Part shown: positions 10,078 to 19,072 of the stretch, piece by piece
Numbering within the stretch: the stretch's first letter is position 1
Layout of the letters: each line of letters opens with the position of its first letter
Origin: a virus
Taxonomy: Duplodnaviria; Caudoviricetes
IMG/VR virus record: IMGVR_UViG_3300011425_000009
Coordinates: 1-33,259 of that record
DNA: 33,259 nt
Direction: 5' to 3' (one strand)
The notes under the pieces: generated by a model
The model's database searches: none
What the model saw: the letters and a program-made list of their open reading frames with translations, nothing else
Told to the model about the DNA's origin: nothing
Position numbers and translations under genes: made by a program

Positions 10078-10938
10078 TTATGCAGTTGCAATAATGCGAT
10101 AGTGAATCTTAGCAACCCAAGTACCATCACCTGTGGTGAATGCACCCGTCTTATTAGACAAGTAAAGACCTTTATTGACATTAGCGACAAATGGTACAAG
10201 CCCACCATCAGTGGTGGCTGCATTTCCAGAGTTACCATTAAACATAAAGACACTACTTGCTGCTGCAAAGAAGTCTGCCGCTGCTTCAATATTGGTAGCA
10301 TGCTGACCAAGACCGTTAGCAGTAGAGTCCCATTGTGCTGCGACCACACCGCCAGCTGCATAAGCTGCAGCGACAAATGTCATCACGAGCTCCATACGGT
10401 CTACCACGATCAATCTATTTGCACCTGGTGCTGCAATTAACAACATTGGTGCTGCATACATACCATTGAACTGTGCTGCTGTAATTGGGACTGATGCATA
10501 GCGTAAAACATTGTCTACATTAAACCCAGAATCTTCTACTGTCCCAGCGGTGTCATTAAAACTAGCAAAGTTATTGGCGACCGTTGCTCCATTAACAGAA
10601 GCTACCGTAGGCAATAAATTGTCAGAAGCGTCCTTACCAGCTGCTGTACCTAATGCTGGATCAGGCAATGCAACTAATGTACTTACGCCAGCAGTAATAC
10701 TAACAGAGAACGAACCTAACGTTGCTGACATACCACTTGGATATAATGGAAAAGTACTTAAGTCATCATAATTTATCCAAAAAACATCGTTTTCTTTGAA
10801 TTCACCTTGACTTAAAAACGCATCTAAATAACCAGCCGTAGTAATTTCAGCTAAACTGTCCGCCGTTGATGCTACAAAAATAGTTGGCGCTGTTCCTACA
10901 ATCGCGGGAGAAGCAATGCCAAAAGATTCAAAAGCCAT
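10078..10938 (-). CDS. Putative capsid decoration / minor capsid protein
   Basis: 286 aa, Ala/Gly/Thr-rich, directly after the major capsid gene with SD AAGGAG. Confidence 0.55.
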   Translation of the reverse strand: MAFESFGIASPAIVGTAPTIFVASTADSLAEITTAGYLDAFLSQGEFKENDVFWINYDDLSTFPLYPSGMSATLGSFSVSITAGVSTLVALPDPALGTAAGKDASDNLLPTVASVNGATVANNFASFNDTAGTVEDSGFNVDNVLRYASVPITAAQFNGMYAAPMLLIAAPGANRLIVVDRMELVMTFVAAAYAAGGVVAAQWDSTANGLGQHATNIEAAADFFAAASSVFMFNGNSGNAATTDGGLVPFVANVNKGLYLSNKTGAFTTGDGTWVAKIHYRIIATA

Positions 10939-10949
10939 GATACTGCTCC

Positions 10950-11837
10950 TTAGTTATTTACGTATGGGTCATTACAAGTTAACAATGCAATACCATTGTA
11001 CTGAATAATCAATGCACCGGAAGTCATAATCGTCAAGAGTTCCCAACGGTCTTGGTTAGGCAACCATGTGATACTTGTCATGATGTCACGATTGTATGAT
11101 TGAACAATAGCGTCTTTATGTACCATTGGAACAAGATATACATAAGGCGATATCAATGTACCTAACCCTGTTCTTGGGATTTTGTTAATACCATTTTCAC
11201 CAAGGAAACGCATATCACAACCAAGATAGCCCGTAATACGGTTGTCGGTCAGTGGCTTAACATCATTGTAGAAGAAGTTGACTACCCGATCATCAGCATA
11301 CAATGAGGTCTTTAATAGAGCTGGTGCCCAGATAGACACGGAATAATCCATGATGTCTACGCCTTGGCTTTCCAAGTAAGCAATCCCTGCCGCAATCTTG
11401 CCTTCGTTTAAGCCGGTATTTACACCAACTGTAATAGGGAAGGTTTGGATCGTGCCCACAGAAGGGTCACTAAAGATCGCGTCAATCTTCAAGAAGTCGT
11501 CATTACGAGCGCCAGCTAATGCATGGAGTTTTGCGTGGTCAACGATCTTGTCGAAGTTGAACAATGTCTTTTCACCACCACCGATTACCGTTTTGACATG
11601 ATAATCATTAGTCAAAACTTGACGGTTTGTTTCATCAACGGGGGTGGGTGGAATGTCAACAGGTGCGAAATCACCTAATGTCATTTCAATTAAATCTGAA
11701 ACAGGCACGTTTAATGTCGTACCAGTCGTACCATGACGTTCGTCAATAGTACCTTGTAATCTAAGGTGGTTCTGATACTTGAGGGTCACTTCAGTATCGA
11801 ACAACTGCATTGCAGCTGCTAAATTAATACCGGCCAT
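10950..11837 (-). CDS. Major capsid protein
   Basis: 295 aa from ATG 11837 (SD GGAG). QLFDTEVTLKYQ start, ALAGARNDDFL helix and GYLGCDMRF strand resemble podovirus capsids; synteny agrees. Confidence 0.8.
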   Translation of the reverse strand: MAGINLAAAMQLFDTEVTLKYQNHLRLQGTIDERHGTTGTTLNVPVSDLIEMTLGDFAPVDIPPTPVDETNRQVLTNDYHVKTVIGGGEKTLFNFDKIVDHAKLHALAGARNDDFLKIDAIFSDPSVGTIQTFPITVGVNTGLNEGKIAAGIAYLESQGVDIMDYSVSIWAPALLKTSLYADDRVVNFFYNDVKPLTDNRITGYLGCDMRFLGENGINKIPRTGLGTLISPYVYLVPMVHKDAIVQSYNRDIMTSITWLPNQDRWELLTIMTSGALIIQYNGIALLTCNDPYVNN

Positions 11838-11966
11838 GAATATTACTCCAATAGTTGGATAACGAAAAAATCCGTTAAACATCTATCAGGGTAAGCCGTA
11901 GCTCGCTGATAACGTTATGGTCGACTTAAACGGGTATCTTTTGGAAGCGTTTAAGTTAACACCAAT

Positions 11967-11994
11967 AGTATAGCGCAGTTATTGGTCGTTGCAA
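11967..11994 (-). promoter_or_regulatory. Sigma70-like promoter for the capsid operon
   Basis: TTGCAA-16 nt-TATACT; the inverted repeat ACCAATA/TATTGGT brackets the -10 box. Confidence 0.55.
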
Positions 11995-12080
11995 CGTCCC
12001 ATGTAAGTAATCATATCTTTTAATGGCTCTCATCACGCATGATAAGGCTTCTCAACTAGATTTCAACGGAGCAAAAAATC

Positions 12081-12926
12081 ATGGTAGATGAACATAAATG
12101 TGGTGGTTGTTGTCCAGGGCCACAAGGCAACATGGGGCCACAAGGGCTTCAAGGCGTCCAGGGCGTCCCTGGAAAAGATGGCGCACAAGGCCAAGCTGGT
12201 CAACAAGGCCTACAAGGCGTCCCTGGTGATAAAGGCAATCCGGGTGACAAAGGCGACCAAGGCCTACAAGGCCTACAAGGTTCTCCCGGTGTCCAAGGCG
12301 CACAAGGCGTACCAGGACAACAAGGCCAACCTGGATTAAATGGTCAAGTGGGGCCACAAGGCGTCCCTGGTGCACAAGGACTCCCAGGACAACAAGGACT
12401 ACAAGGCATACCAGGCGATTGTGTTGAATGCCCATGCCATTGTGACGCACCAGAATTTGCAGAAGTATTTTCTTCACTCCCTCAAACATTAGCTGCATCT
12501 CCTGGCGCATTACTAGCAGGTCAAGTTGTTTTATTAGAAAATACACTTTTTGCAAGTCCTAGCATTGATGTTTCTCAAGCGGGTGTGAATGGAAAAATCA
12601 TCATCAATAAAGCGGGCTGGTATGATGTTTATACAGGCATTTGCGGCTATTTAAATCCAATTGCTTCGCCACTTCCATGCTGGACATTATCACTCTTTAA
12701 AAATGGCGTTTACGTAGCGGGCTCAACATTTGCTAACCAAACCATTTCTCCTGAACAAAAGTCGAACGAAATTGTTGCAGACGTATTTGTTCATTTTAAT
12801 GTTGGAGATGTGTTGGAACTATGCAATACAAGTACCGCAATTGTTAATATGGCCGCTCCAACATTAGGCACTAACTCCCCGGCAAACTCTGCCTATATGA
12901 AGCTAATTTTATTACAAGCTGATTAA
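12081..12926 (+). CDS. Collagen-like protein with BclA/C1q-like C-terminal domain
   Basis: About 33 uninterrupted Gly-X-Y triplets flanked by CGGCCP and CVECPCHC; beta-rich C-domain (IIINKAGWYDV...VGDVLEL); SD GGAG. Confidence 0.85.
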   Translation: MVDEHKCGGCCPGPQGNMGPQGLQGVQGVPGKDGAQGQAGQQGLQGVPGDKGNPGDKGDQGLQGLQGSPGVQGAQGVPGQQGQPGLNGQVGPQGVPGAQGLPGQQGLQGIPGDCVECPCHCDAPEFAEVFSSLPQTLAASPGALLAGQVVLLENTLFASPSIDVSQAGVNGKIIINKAGWYDVYTGICGYLNPIASPLPCWTLSLFKNGVYVAGSTFANQTISPEQKSNEIVADVFVHFNVGDVLELCNTSTAIVNMAAPTLGTNSPANSAYMKLILLQAD

Positions 12927-12930
12927 TATT

Positions 12931-12959
12931 AATGCCCGATGAAAGTCGGGCGTTATTTT
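12931..12959 (+). terminator. Intrinsic terminator, probably bidirectional
   Basis: AATGCCCGAT-gaaa-GTCGGGCGTT followed by ATTTT, between convergent genes. Confidence 0.7.
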
Positions 12960-12990
12960 ATTATAACAATATAATTGTGTTATGATTTTA

Positions 12991-13245
12991 TCACTGAATA
13001 ATATTTCGATTAGGGACCAAAATAACACCTTCGTTCGGATCACGTATTGTACTTTCTCCAATATTCAAGAAATTACCGTCCAGCATAAAATCACATTCTA
13101 ACTGGTAATATTCTTCTTTAATTTTAAATTTGCTTTTAAAGTGGTGCCACTGGCCATCTTTATATTTGTGTTTCACCTGTTCATACATTAATTTAATAAG
13201 CCTACGTTGCAATGGTGAAAAGTCCTTAATACGTTTAATAGTCAT
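12991..13245 (-). CDS. Hypothetical protein
   Basis: 84 aa ORF in operon orientation. Confidence 0.55.
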   Translation of the reverse strand: MTIKRIKDFSPLQRRLIKLMYEQVKHKYKDGQWHHFKSKFKIKEEYYQLECDFMLDGNFLNIGESTIRDPNEGVILVPNRNIIQ

Positions 13246-13492
13246 TATACTTCCCTGGGTCTTGCCTATCTTCCCAATCAGTCATACGTTGTTCTATTTT
13301 ACTTATACGTTCCCAAATCATATCAATTTCAGATTTGGGTTTTAACATATCAGCGACCGTGATGGCTTTCTGTCCTATACGACCACACTTACCACATCCA
13401 CCAATTAATGGTTTTTGATGAGGACAAACTGCATAAACACTCACAGGACCATTATTTTTCGACATTGCCAAATCGCTCATTGCCGACTTCAA
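13235..13492 (-). CDS. Hypothetical protein, possible metal-binding motif; start uncertain
   Basis: CPH...CGKC motif followed by a short coiled coil. Confidence 0.5.
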   Translation of the reverse strand: MKSAMSDLAMSKNNGPVSVYAVCPHQKPLIGGCGKCGRIGQKAITVADMLKPKSEIDMIWERISKIEQRMTDWEDRQDPGKYNDY

Positions 13493-14186
13493 TTGCTAGG
13501 TTTTCATAACGTTCACGTGCGCGACGGTCTGCCTTGTTACTATGATACGCTTTAGCAGCGTCCATCAATTCTTTCTGTCCGTCGTAGGTACTCGTTTTAC
13601 CAGCACTACCACTAGCAATACCTGGTACTTCGCTATTTAATGTTTGGTCTCTATGCTTCAATGCATCACTCATTACTTTATCGTCCCTTATTATTTTATC
13701 TAAAATGACTGGTTGTAAACTTTCAGGGTAGTTCTTTTTAACATAGTCCTGCAAGATGTTTAATCTTTCTTCCCCTATGTTCTTCTTTTTACTTTCATAT
13801 TGTTCTCGTTGTTTAACAACACGCGATTCCATGTCTTTTGCAGTTTTTTCGTATTGCGCCTGAGTAAGTCCTGCATTTTTTGCGAGTCGTTGAATATCTG
13901 TAAGCTCATCTTGTCGTAATCCAATCCCTTGAATTTCGCCATAATTCTCAGGTACTTTGGTAACAGTTTCATGCGTTTCCTTTAACGAATGAAATTCATT
14001 CGAAAGTTTAGAATATTCTTTGTCTTTATTAATAATAGCAGCTTCCATGTCCTCAGCTGACTTGTATTTTCCTGCCCATAATTTAGGGGAGACTATATTA
14101 TCAACAATCGATTCAGATTGGGAGGGTTGGGAAATGTTGTTTCCATGCGTCACTGCTATTGATTGTTGGGTTGCTACTTCCGTCAT
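13452..14186 (-). CDS. Capsid scaffolding protein
   Basis: LWAGKYKSAEDMEAA motif typical of T7-like scaffolds; lies between portal and capsid. Confidence 0.75.
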   Translation of the reverse strand: MTEVATQQSIAVTHGNNISQPSQSESIVDNIVSPKLWAGKYKSAEDMEAAIINKDKEYSKLSNEFHSLKETHETVTKVPENYGEIQGIGLRQDELTDIQRLAKNAGLTQAQYEKTAKDMESRVVKQREQYESKKKNIGEERLNILQDYVKKNYPESLQPVILDKIIRDDKVMSDALKHRDQTLNSEVPGIASGSAGKTSTYDGQKELMDAAKAYHSNKADRRARERYENLAIEVGNERFGNVEK

Positions 14187-14430
14187 TATATTTCTCCATC
14201 ACATCATTTACTTTATTAATAATAATTTTAATATCACGCCATACACTTCGTCGCCCATCATGCCATACAAATAATTCCATTGAAGGTTGTTGTGGTTCTT
14301 CCATGACAATAGACTCGAGCATGTATACTAAAAATTCTTTAGCTACATCGTTTCCAACAAACGTAATATAAGTTTTATATTCAATTTTACTAATTTTACC
14401 TTCATGTAACAATCTCTGTAACTTGTCCAT
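14113..14430 (-). CDS. Small post-portal protein (Bbp19-like)
   Basis: FVWHDGRRSVWRDI motif; TAATG-coupled to the portal stop. Confidence 0.55.
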   Translation of the reverse strand: MDKLQRLLHEGKISKIEYKTYITFVGNDVAKEFLVYMLESIVMEEPQQPSMELFVWHDGRRSVWRDIKIIINKVNDVMEKYNDGSSNPTINSSDAWKQHFPTLPI

Positions 14431-15998
14431 TAAACTTGTACGCCCCCCGAATTTGGCAACTGGCTTTGCACAGCTGCGGTACTGGCTTGTGGCAATTGTT
14501 GCTGCTGCGCAACTTGGCCTGCTTGTTGAATGAATTGTGTAAGCTGTTCATCACTGACATATAAATCACTGGGAAGATTGAGCCATTCGCGCAATCTATC
14601 TTTTACTTTAGCCAAGTTCGTTGCCATTAACGGCGAACCTTGTCCCCAGAATTGTTGGAGAATTTGCATATTAGTCACAAAATGCGTGAGGTCATCTTGC
14701 TTCTGCAGGTCAAACAATGGCGATTGAAAATCAAACGTAAAACGCTTGGTCGTTTTAAACATCGTACCACGGTCTTTTGTCAGTAATCGGCGTTCAGATA
14801 ATATTCGCGCAGCCACATCATAAATTTGTTTAGGCAATTCATTAATCAAGCGAGAGATATCAGTAGAAGTGCTGCGTTGTGCGCGGTTCTCACGTATAGA
14901 TATTTCAGTTGCTGATTTAACGGGAGATGTAATCTCGCCAAGTGGGTCGACCATGAAACCTTTAAGGATAAATTCACGCGAGTCCTTGATCCAGTTAAAT
15001 ACATCGGGATATTCCGGCATCTGTAATGCTTCGAGTGGGTTGCGCCCATTCGGCATACGCGCAATCATTGCTCCTGCCCATTGCCTGACCATGTATGGAT
15101 TAAAATATCGATCAGCATCATAGAACATCGGTGGGTTAGCTTTGAAGGCCAAGTTCTGAGTTGTGTATGCAAGTGTACGATTAAGGTCACGAATGAGAGG
15201 TAACATATCGATACCGATACCTCGTCCGTCAGACTCACCTGGCCTGACCCTATCTCTATAGATAAGTATTTGTGGATATTTTCTTTCTGTTTCCCATAAA
15301 GGTTCGAACATATCATCTTCTAGCACCGCATAAATAAAAAACTTATCTTCCGCTAATTTGATCTGACCGTATATCACAATAAAAATATCATTAGGAGATT
15401 CTTGTAGCGCATTGAGCCGATTACCACGATAGTCTGGAAAAGTATCTCTTATTTGTCGGCCTGTAAATTTACATTGGTACCAACACGTATTTAAAACATC
15501 ATCTGTCGAGTACTCGATATATAAGCACACAGCAGGGACAGAACGAAAATAAAGAGGAGTGATATCGTCAATCGATTCCACCCAAAGCGCTCCGGTTCCC
15601 CCAACAAGATCGAGATTACTACTGCTAACGACGCGAGCCAGATTAGATTGATTAAGATAAAAGAATATGCGTTCATTAATTTCATCCATTGTTGGCTGGT
15701 TGGCTTCGATTGTGGCTTCATCAAACAACTGCTTGTCCATGACCAACTTTCCCCAAACCCTGTCCTTGGGCAAAAGTAACCCATGAATATCATTTGCTCG
15801 TTGATATGCCGCTAACACAGCAGTGTTGTCCCAAACTTGGACAGTAGTTGGTTTACCATCATCGCGATAGTTCCACTTAACATTAAAAGCATCACGATCA
15901 GGAATCACGTAATAATATAGGTCTTTGTACAACGCCAGCCAACGGTCTTTATATTGTTTGGTTTCTTGATAGCGCTCATTCAGTTTAGTATATTCCAT
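14430..15998 (-). CDS. Portal / head-to-tail connector (T7 gp8-like)
   Basis: 522 aa; VWDNTAVLA, PGESDGRGIG and KSATEISIR motifs. Confidence 0.9.
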   Translation of the reverse strand: MEYTKLNERYQETKQYKDRWLALYKDLYYYVIPDRDAFNVKWNYRDDGKPTTVQVWDNTAVLAAYQRANDIHGLLLPKDRVWGKLVMDKQLFDEATIEANQPTMDEINERIFFYLNQSNLARVVSSSNLDLVGGTGALWVESIDDITPLYFRSVPAVCLYIEYSTDDVLNTCWYQCKFTGRQIRDTFPDYRGNRLNALQESPNDIFIVIYGQIKLAEDKFFIYAVLEDDMFEPLWETERKYPQILIYRDRVRPGESDGRGIGIDMLPLIRDLNRTLAYTTQNLAFKANPPMFYDADRYFNPYMVRQWAGAMIARMPNGRNPLEALQMPEYPDVFNWIKDSREFILKGFMVDPLGEITSPVKSATEISIRENRAQRSTSTDISRLINELPKQIYDVAARILSERRLLTKDRGTMFKTTKRFTFDFQSPLFDLQKQDDLTHFVTNMQILQQFWGQGSPLMATNLAKVKDRLREWLNLPSDLYVSDEQLTQFIQQAGQVAQQQQLPQASTAAVQSQLPNSGGVQV

Positions 15999-16255
15999 TA
16001 CTTTCCAGCCCCCCCAAATCCTCCTTTGACTAAATCAGTTGCTACTTTAGTGAACAATGAATCGTCCTGGTTGCCTCGTGCTTTCATCTGTGCGGGGGTA
16101 TTAGTAGGCGTCCAAGATGGCTGTCCTTGCATTTTCAGAATTTCTATTTGGCGCTCACGCAGTGCTTGCCGTTCCTGCTCAATGTTTTGATTGTTTTCTT
16201 GGATTTGTGACTCTAGCAAGTCATTTGCATCATTATTATCATCATCACCCTGCAT
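15998..16255 (-). CDS. Small pre-portal virion protein
   Basis: 85 aa, Gln-rich with Gly-rich tail, coupled to the portal. Confidence 0.5.
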   Translation of the reverse strand: MQGDDDNNDANDLLESQIQENNQNIEQERQALRERQIEILKMQGQPSWTPTNTPAQMKARGNQDDSLFTKVATDLVKGGFGGAGK

Positions 16256-16257
16256 GA

Positions 16258-16671
16258 CTAACGCCTCCAGTGCGTTATAATTTCATAGTTCCTCATATGG
16301 TCATACTTTAACAGTTTCTTATAAAAGTGGTAAGGTGTTAAGGTAAGCCCAACATCGACCTTTGAAAGATATCTCGCCAATTCATTGCACGTCAAGATAC
16401 GTGGAACAAAAAATGTTTCACGTAGAACATAATAAGATTCTATCTCTATGATACATGTAACTGTAGATAATTTTTTAGCGGCATTAAAGAGGCTTCCTGC
16501 AGAAAAGTAACGTGACCTGCGTACTGCAATTCCTGAATGTGTCAACCTAAGTACAAACCATCGCTTGCCGACCTCTATAAAACAGTCAACGTGCTTATAG
16601 TCCTCATGAAGTAACCAATTACTTACCCATGAATCACCATGGTTGTAAAACACGAGAACAACGCGCATCAA
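16258..16671 (-). CDS. Putative permuted papain-like (YiiX/NlpC-type) protein
   Basis: His (YKHVD) precedes Cys (TCNEL), with C-terminal LTPYHFYKKL. Confidence 0.5.
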   Translation of the reverse strand: MMRVVLVFYNHGDSWVSNWLLHEDYKHVDCFIEVGKRWFVLRLTHSGIAVRRSRYFSAGSLFNAAKKLSTVTCIIEIESYYVLRETFFVPRILTCNELARYLSKVDVGLTLTPYHFYKKLLKYDHMRNYEIITHWRR

Positions 16672-16859
16672 AACCTCGGCAACGGTGGCATTTCAGACCA
16701 TGCTAAAGGTGAAAGTATGCGTGACATTTCATTTGTATTAGCAAAAAATACGTCATGATTAATATTATAAAAACCAGATTGTATTTTTCTTCCGTCCCAA
16801 ATTAATATATCTCTTTCATTATCTGGCATCTTCCATGCGCATTTCGTCCATTTAGCCAT
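16668..16859 (-). CDS. DUF551-like small protein
   Basis: KWTKCAWKMPD...AWSEMPPLP pattern. Confidence 0.6.
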   Translation of the reverse strand: MAKWTKCAWKMPDNERDILIWDGRKIQSGFYNINHDVFFANTNEMSRILSPLAWSEMPPLPRF

Positions 16860-17029
16860 TACTCGTCCTTCGGTGGTTTAGGGATTTCCTGCCAATGTGA
16901 TATAGGAAAGTCCCATTCACCATCTCTTAACGTACATACACCCACCCATTTGTATTCATGCGCTTCGACCACGAGATATCGACCGTCTTTTTTTGGCATT
17001 CGTTCAGTTGCTTTTATCCACTCAGCCAT
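16859..17029 (-). CDS. DUF551-like small protein (second copy)
   Basis: Not in the track; 56 aa MAEWIKATERMPKKDGRYLV...ISHWQEIPKPPKDE, SD GGAG. Confidence 0.7.
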   Translation of the reverse strand: MAEWIKATERMPKKDGRYLVVEAHEYKWVGVCTLRDGEWDFPISHWQEIPKPPKDE

Positions 17030-17153
17030 TAATTTTCTCCATAGGATGATGGATCTTTTCTAGGCTCTCCATCGACACCATATGGATAGACATAAGCACA
17101 ATAAATGTCCCACATATGATTGCCATAATCCAAATATATTGGTCATTGTTCAT
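17022..17153 (-). CDS. Small membrane protein
   Basis: 43 aa MNNDQYIWIMAIICGTFIVLMSI...; ATGA-coupled to the upstream gene. Confidence 0.45.
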   Translation of the reverse strand: MNNDQYIWIMAIICGTFIVLMSIHMVSMESLEKIHHPMEKING

Positions 17154-17365
17154 AGGATAATTTTCCTAAACCCATTTAATCGGTAATCAAATTCATATTT
17201 GTTTATGAAATCAGGCGCACACCATGGACAGAGATCAAATGTTTCTTCACGGGTGTAGAAATCTTTTTGAGGATTATGAAGGTCAGGATTAGCTAGCATA
17301 TCTTCTTGATGATGTTTATCTTTTAATCGTAGTATTTGATCGAGAATTTCATTTTCAAAACTCAT
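17150..17365 (-). CDS. Hypothetical protein
   Basis: 71 aa with CPWC, coupled to neighbours. Confidence 0.5.
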   Translation of the reverse strand: MSFENEILDQILRLKDKHHQEDMLANPDLHNPQKDFYTREETFDLCPWCAPDFINKYEFDYRLNGFRKIIL

Positions 17366-17562
17366 TGTAAATTACCTGCCATCTGCCCTTTAATAAACTT
17401 TAACAGTTTAGTAGCACGACCAACCTTAATCATATCTAAGGGCGTTACATGTCCTAATGCTGGATTAGTATATTGAAACCATAGCCACACTTTACGCGCA
17501 TTGCCTTGGAAGTATTGGTTCACCAGGTCGTAGCATTTCTGGATTGTTTTAGTGTCTTTCAT
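17362..17562 (-). CDS. Xre/MbcA/ParS antitoxin C-terminal-like domain (DUF2384-like)
   Basis: FQGNARKVWLWFQYTNPALGHVTPLDMI matches the W-x4-NPALG-x2-PLD pattern. Confidence 0.7.
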   Translation of the reverse strand: MKDTKTIQKCYDLVNQYFQGNARKVWLWFQYTNPALGHVTPLDMIKVGRATKLLKFIKGQMAGNLQ

Positions 17563-17820
17563 CTATTTATCACGTAATTCAATTTCCTTGCGGAGTTTCA
17601 CAATGGCTTTCTTTTCCATCGTGCCAATCCTACCAAAAGGGAGGTTATTTACAACTAATGATATTTCTCGGTGCGTATGACGACGAGAATATTTACCAAG
17701 CCCAAACCTCATTTCTATGATAAGGCGTTCAGTAGAGTTTAAAATTGATAAATCACAATCCAGCGGTAACATGTGATTAATCCTGATCTTTACTCTTTTT
17801 TTAGGAACATTAATAGACAT
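17563..17820 (-). CDS. Stand-alone sigma70 region-4-like HTH protein
   Basis: LNSTERLIIEMRFGLG...THREIS...RIGTMEKKAIVKLRK. Confidence 0.75.
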   Translation of the reverse strand: MSINVPKKRVKIRINHMLPLDCDLSILNSTERLIIEMRFGLGKYSRRHTHREISLVVNNLPFGRIGTMEKKAIVKLRKEIELRDK

Positions 17821-17822
17821 GA

Positions 17823-18005
17823 TTATTTTTTATTCATTTTCTTTAATGTTTGGGCGGGCCTTGCACGCTGGCCAAGTTTTCCACCTTTTTTAGCTGCTGC
17901 TGCGAGTTTTTTAGCTGGGACCTTCTCACCAAGCTTTACATCCAATTCTTTATGTAATGCACCCGGATGTTTGATTGCTTTTTGGATCCATTTTTTAGCG
18001 GGCAT
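17823..18005 (-). CDS. Small basic conserved phage protein
   Basis: KWIQKAIKHPGALH...KKLAAAAKKGGKLGQRAR, a motif I recognise from uncharacterised phage proteins. Confidence 0.6.
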   Translation of the reverse strand: MPAKKWIQKAIKHPGALHKELDVKLGEKVPAKKLAAAAKKGGKLGQRARPAQTLKKMNKK

Positions 18006-18489
18006 CTTCTTTTTTCTCCTTTATTTTGGCCTTGATCCATTCCTTTGTTTCTTTAGCAATCTCTTTAGCAGTAGAATTCTTTGATGTAATCTTTTGGCTA
18101 ATGTCAGCAATCTTGGCTTCTAGCTCGTCCAATATTTCACCAAACTGACTATAGTCTTTACGTGCTGTTCGTTCCAGCAACCAAGCAAATCGTTGCCAGC
18201 CAGATTTATTATCTTCGATACTTTTTTCAAGATAAGCAATACGATTTGATATGGCAGTCTTTACTTTAGTGTATAATTCTTTGAATAAAGTATCGGTACC
18301 ATTAAAATAATCTTCTTCACCTTGTTTTAACCAAGCTTTAATAGTTTGTTCATGTCTTTGAGATAAACCAGCAACCGTACTTAATACTAAAGTTCTGGAA
18401 AAATTCTTACTAATCGTTTCTACATCTTTTTTAGTGAGAGTAAAAACGCGTCCAACTTTACCAGCGTTATAAAGTACTCTATCACTCAT
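17995..18489 (-). CDS. Putative terminase small subunit
   Basis: N-terminal HTH (QTIKAWLKQG) plus GWQRFAWLLERT motif; first gene of a leftward operon that leads to the portal. Confidence 0.5.
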   Translation of the reverse strand: MSDRVLYNAGKVGRVFTLTKKDVETISKNFSRTLVLSTVAGLSQRHEQTIKAWLKQGEEDYFNGTDTLFKELYTKVKTAISNRIAYLEKSIEDNKSGWQRFAWLLERTARKDYSQFGEILDELEAKIADISQKITSKNSTAKEIAKETKEWIKAKIKEKKEDAR

Positions 18490-18580
18490 ATATCTCTCTT
18501 GCTATTAAGTTAACACACTGTTAACATACATCTATTGATTAGCACAATAATAACAAATTTTAACCAAAGGATAAATAGAA

Positions 18581-18697
18581 ATGTCAAGCTCAAGTATAGC
18601 GTTTGGTATCTTAGAAGGATACGCATTGATATGGGTAGGTTTTGTAGGAATGGTAGGTTTAATAGGATTATTCACTTGGCTAACTTCACAAAAATAA
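18581..18697 (+). CDS. Small membrane peptide
   Basis: 38 aa MSSSSIAFGILEGYALIWVGFVGMVGLIGLFTWLTSQK; SD AAGGA. Confidence 0.55.
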   Translation: MSSSSIAFGILEGYALIWVGFVGMVGLIGLFTWLTSQK

Positions 18698-18709
18698 GGA
18701 CAAAACAAA

Positions 18710-18844
18710 ATGTTGCGCGTCATGAAATGTAAGATGTCAAACCAGTATACCGTATTAACAGAATCAGGATTAATTTTAAGAATATTCAATACACAAGATG
18801 AAGCCATTAAATATAGAAATCAACTAAGCGGATACAAATCATGA
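18710..18844 (+). CDS. Small hypothetical protein
   Basis: 44 aa, SD TAAGGA, ATGA overlap with the next ORF. Confidence 0.5.
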   Translation: MLRVMKCKMSNQYTVLTESGLILRIFNTQDEAIKYRNQLSGYKS

Positions 18845-18993
18845 CACACGCTCAGGTAGCATTTGGAATAGAAGGCATACTCCTTTATTTCTCATATAAG
18901 AATTATCACTTATCAAAATGGATATGGCGATTATTCGCATTTCAATTAATGAGTACTGCATTCATTATTTTATCGATGGTACTTACTCCATGA
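18841..18993 (+). CDS. Small membrane peptide
   Basis: 50 aa MTHAQVAFGIEGILLYF...FIILSMVLTP; coupled at both ends. Confidence 0.5.
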   Translation: MTHAQVAFGIEGILLYFSYKNYHLSKWIWRLFAFQLMSTAFIILSMVLTP

Positions 18994-19058
18994 TTAAATT
19001 ACTTATCACCACTATATTTATAGCATTTATTAGCATTTATTATCATTTACAACATTAA
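18990..19058 (+). CDS. Very small hydrophobic peptide
   Basis: 22 aa MIKLLITTIFIAFISIYYHLQH; ATGA overlap. Confidence 0.35.
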   Translation: MIKLLITTIFIAFISIYYHLQH

Positions 19059-19072
19059 AGGGAGTAGAGGAA

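Noticed and set aside
10938-10960. T7 gp10A/10B-like capsid frameshift
   Set aside because: No slippery heptamer near the capsid stop; the next gene has its own SD and ATG.
12079-12555. 158-aa antisense ORF and 83-aa alternative-frame ORF over the collagen gene
   Set aside because: By-products of the 9-nt Gly-X-Y periodicity.
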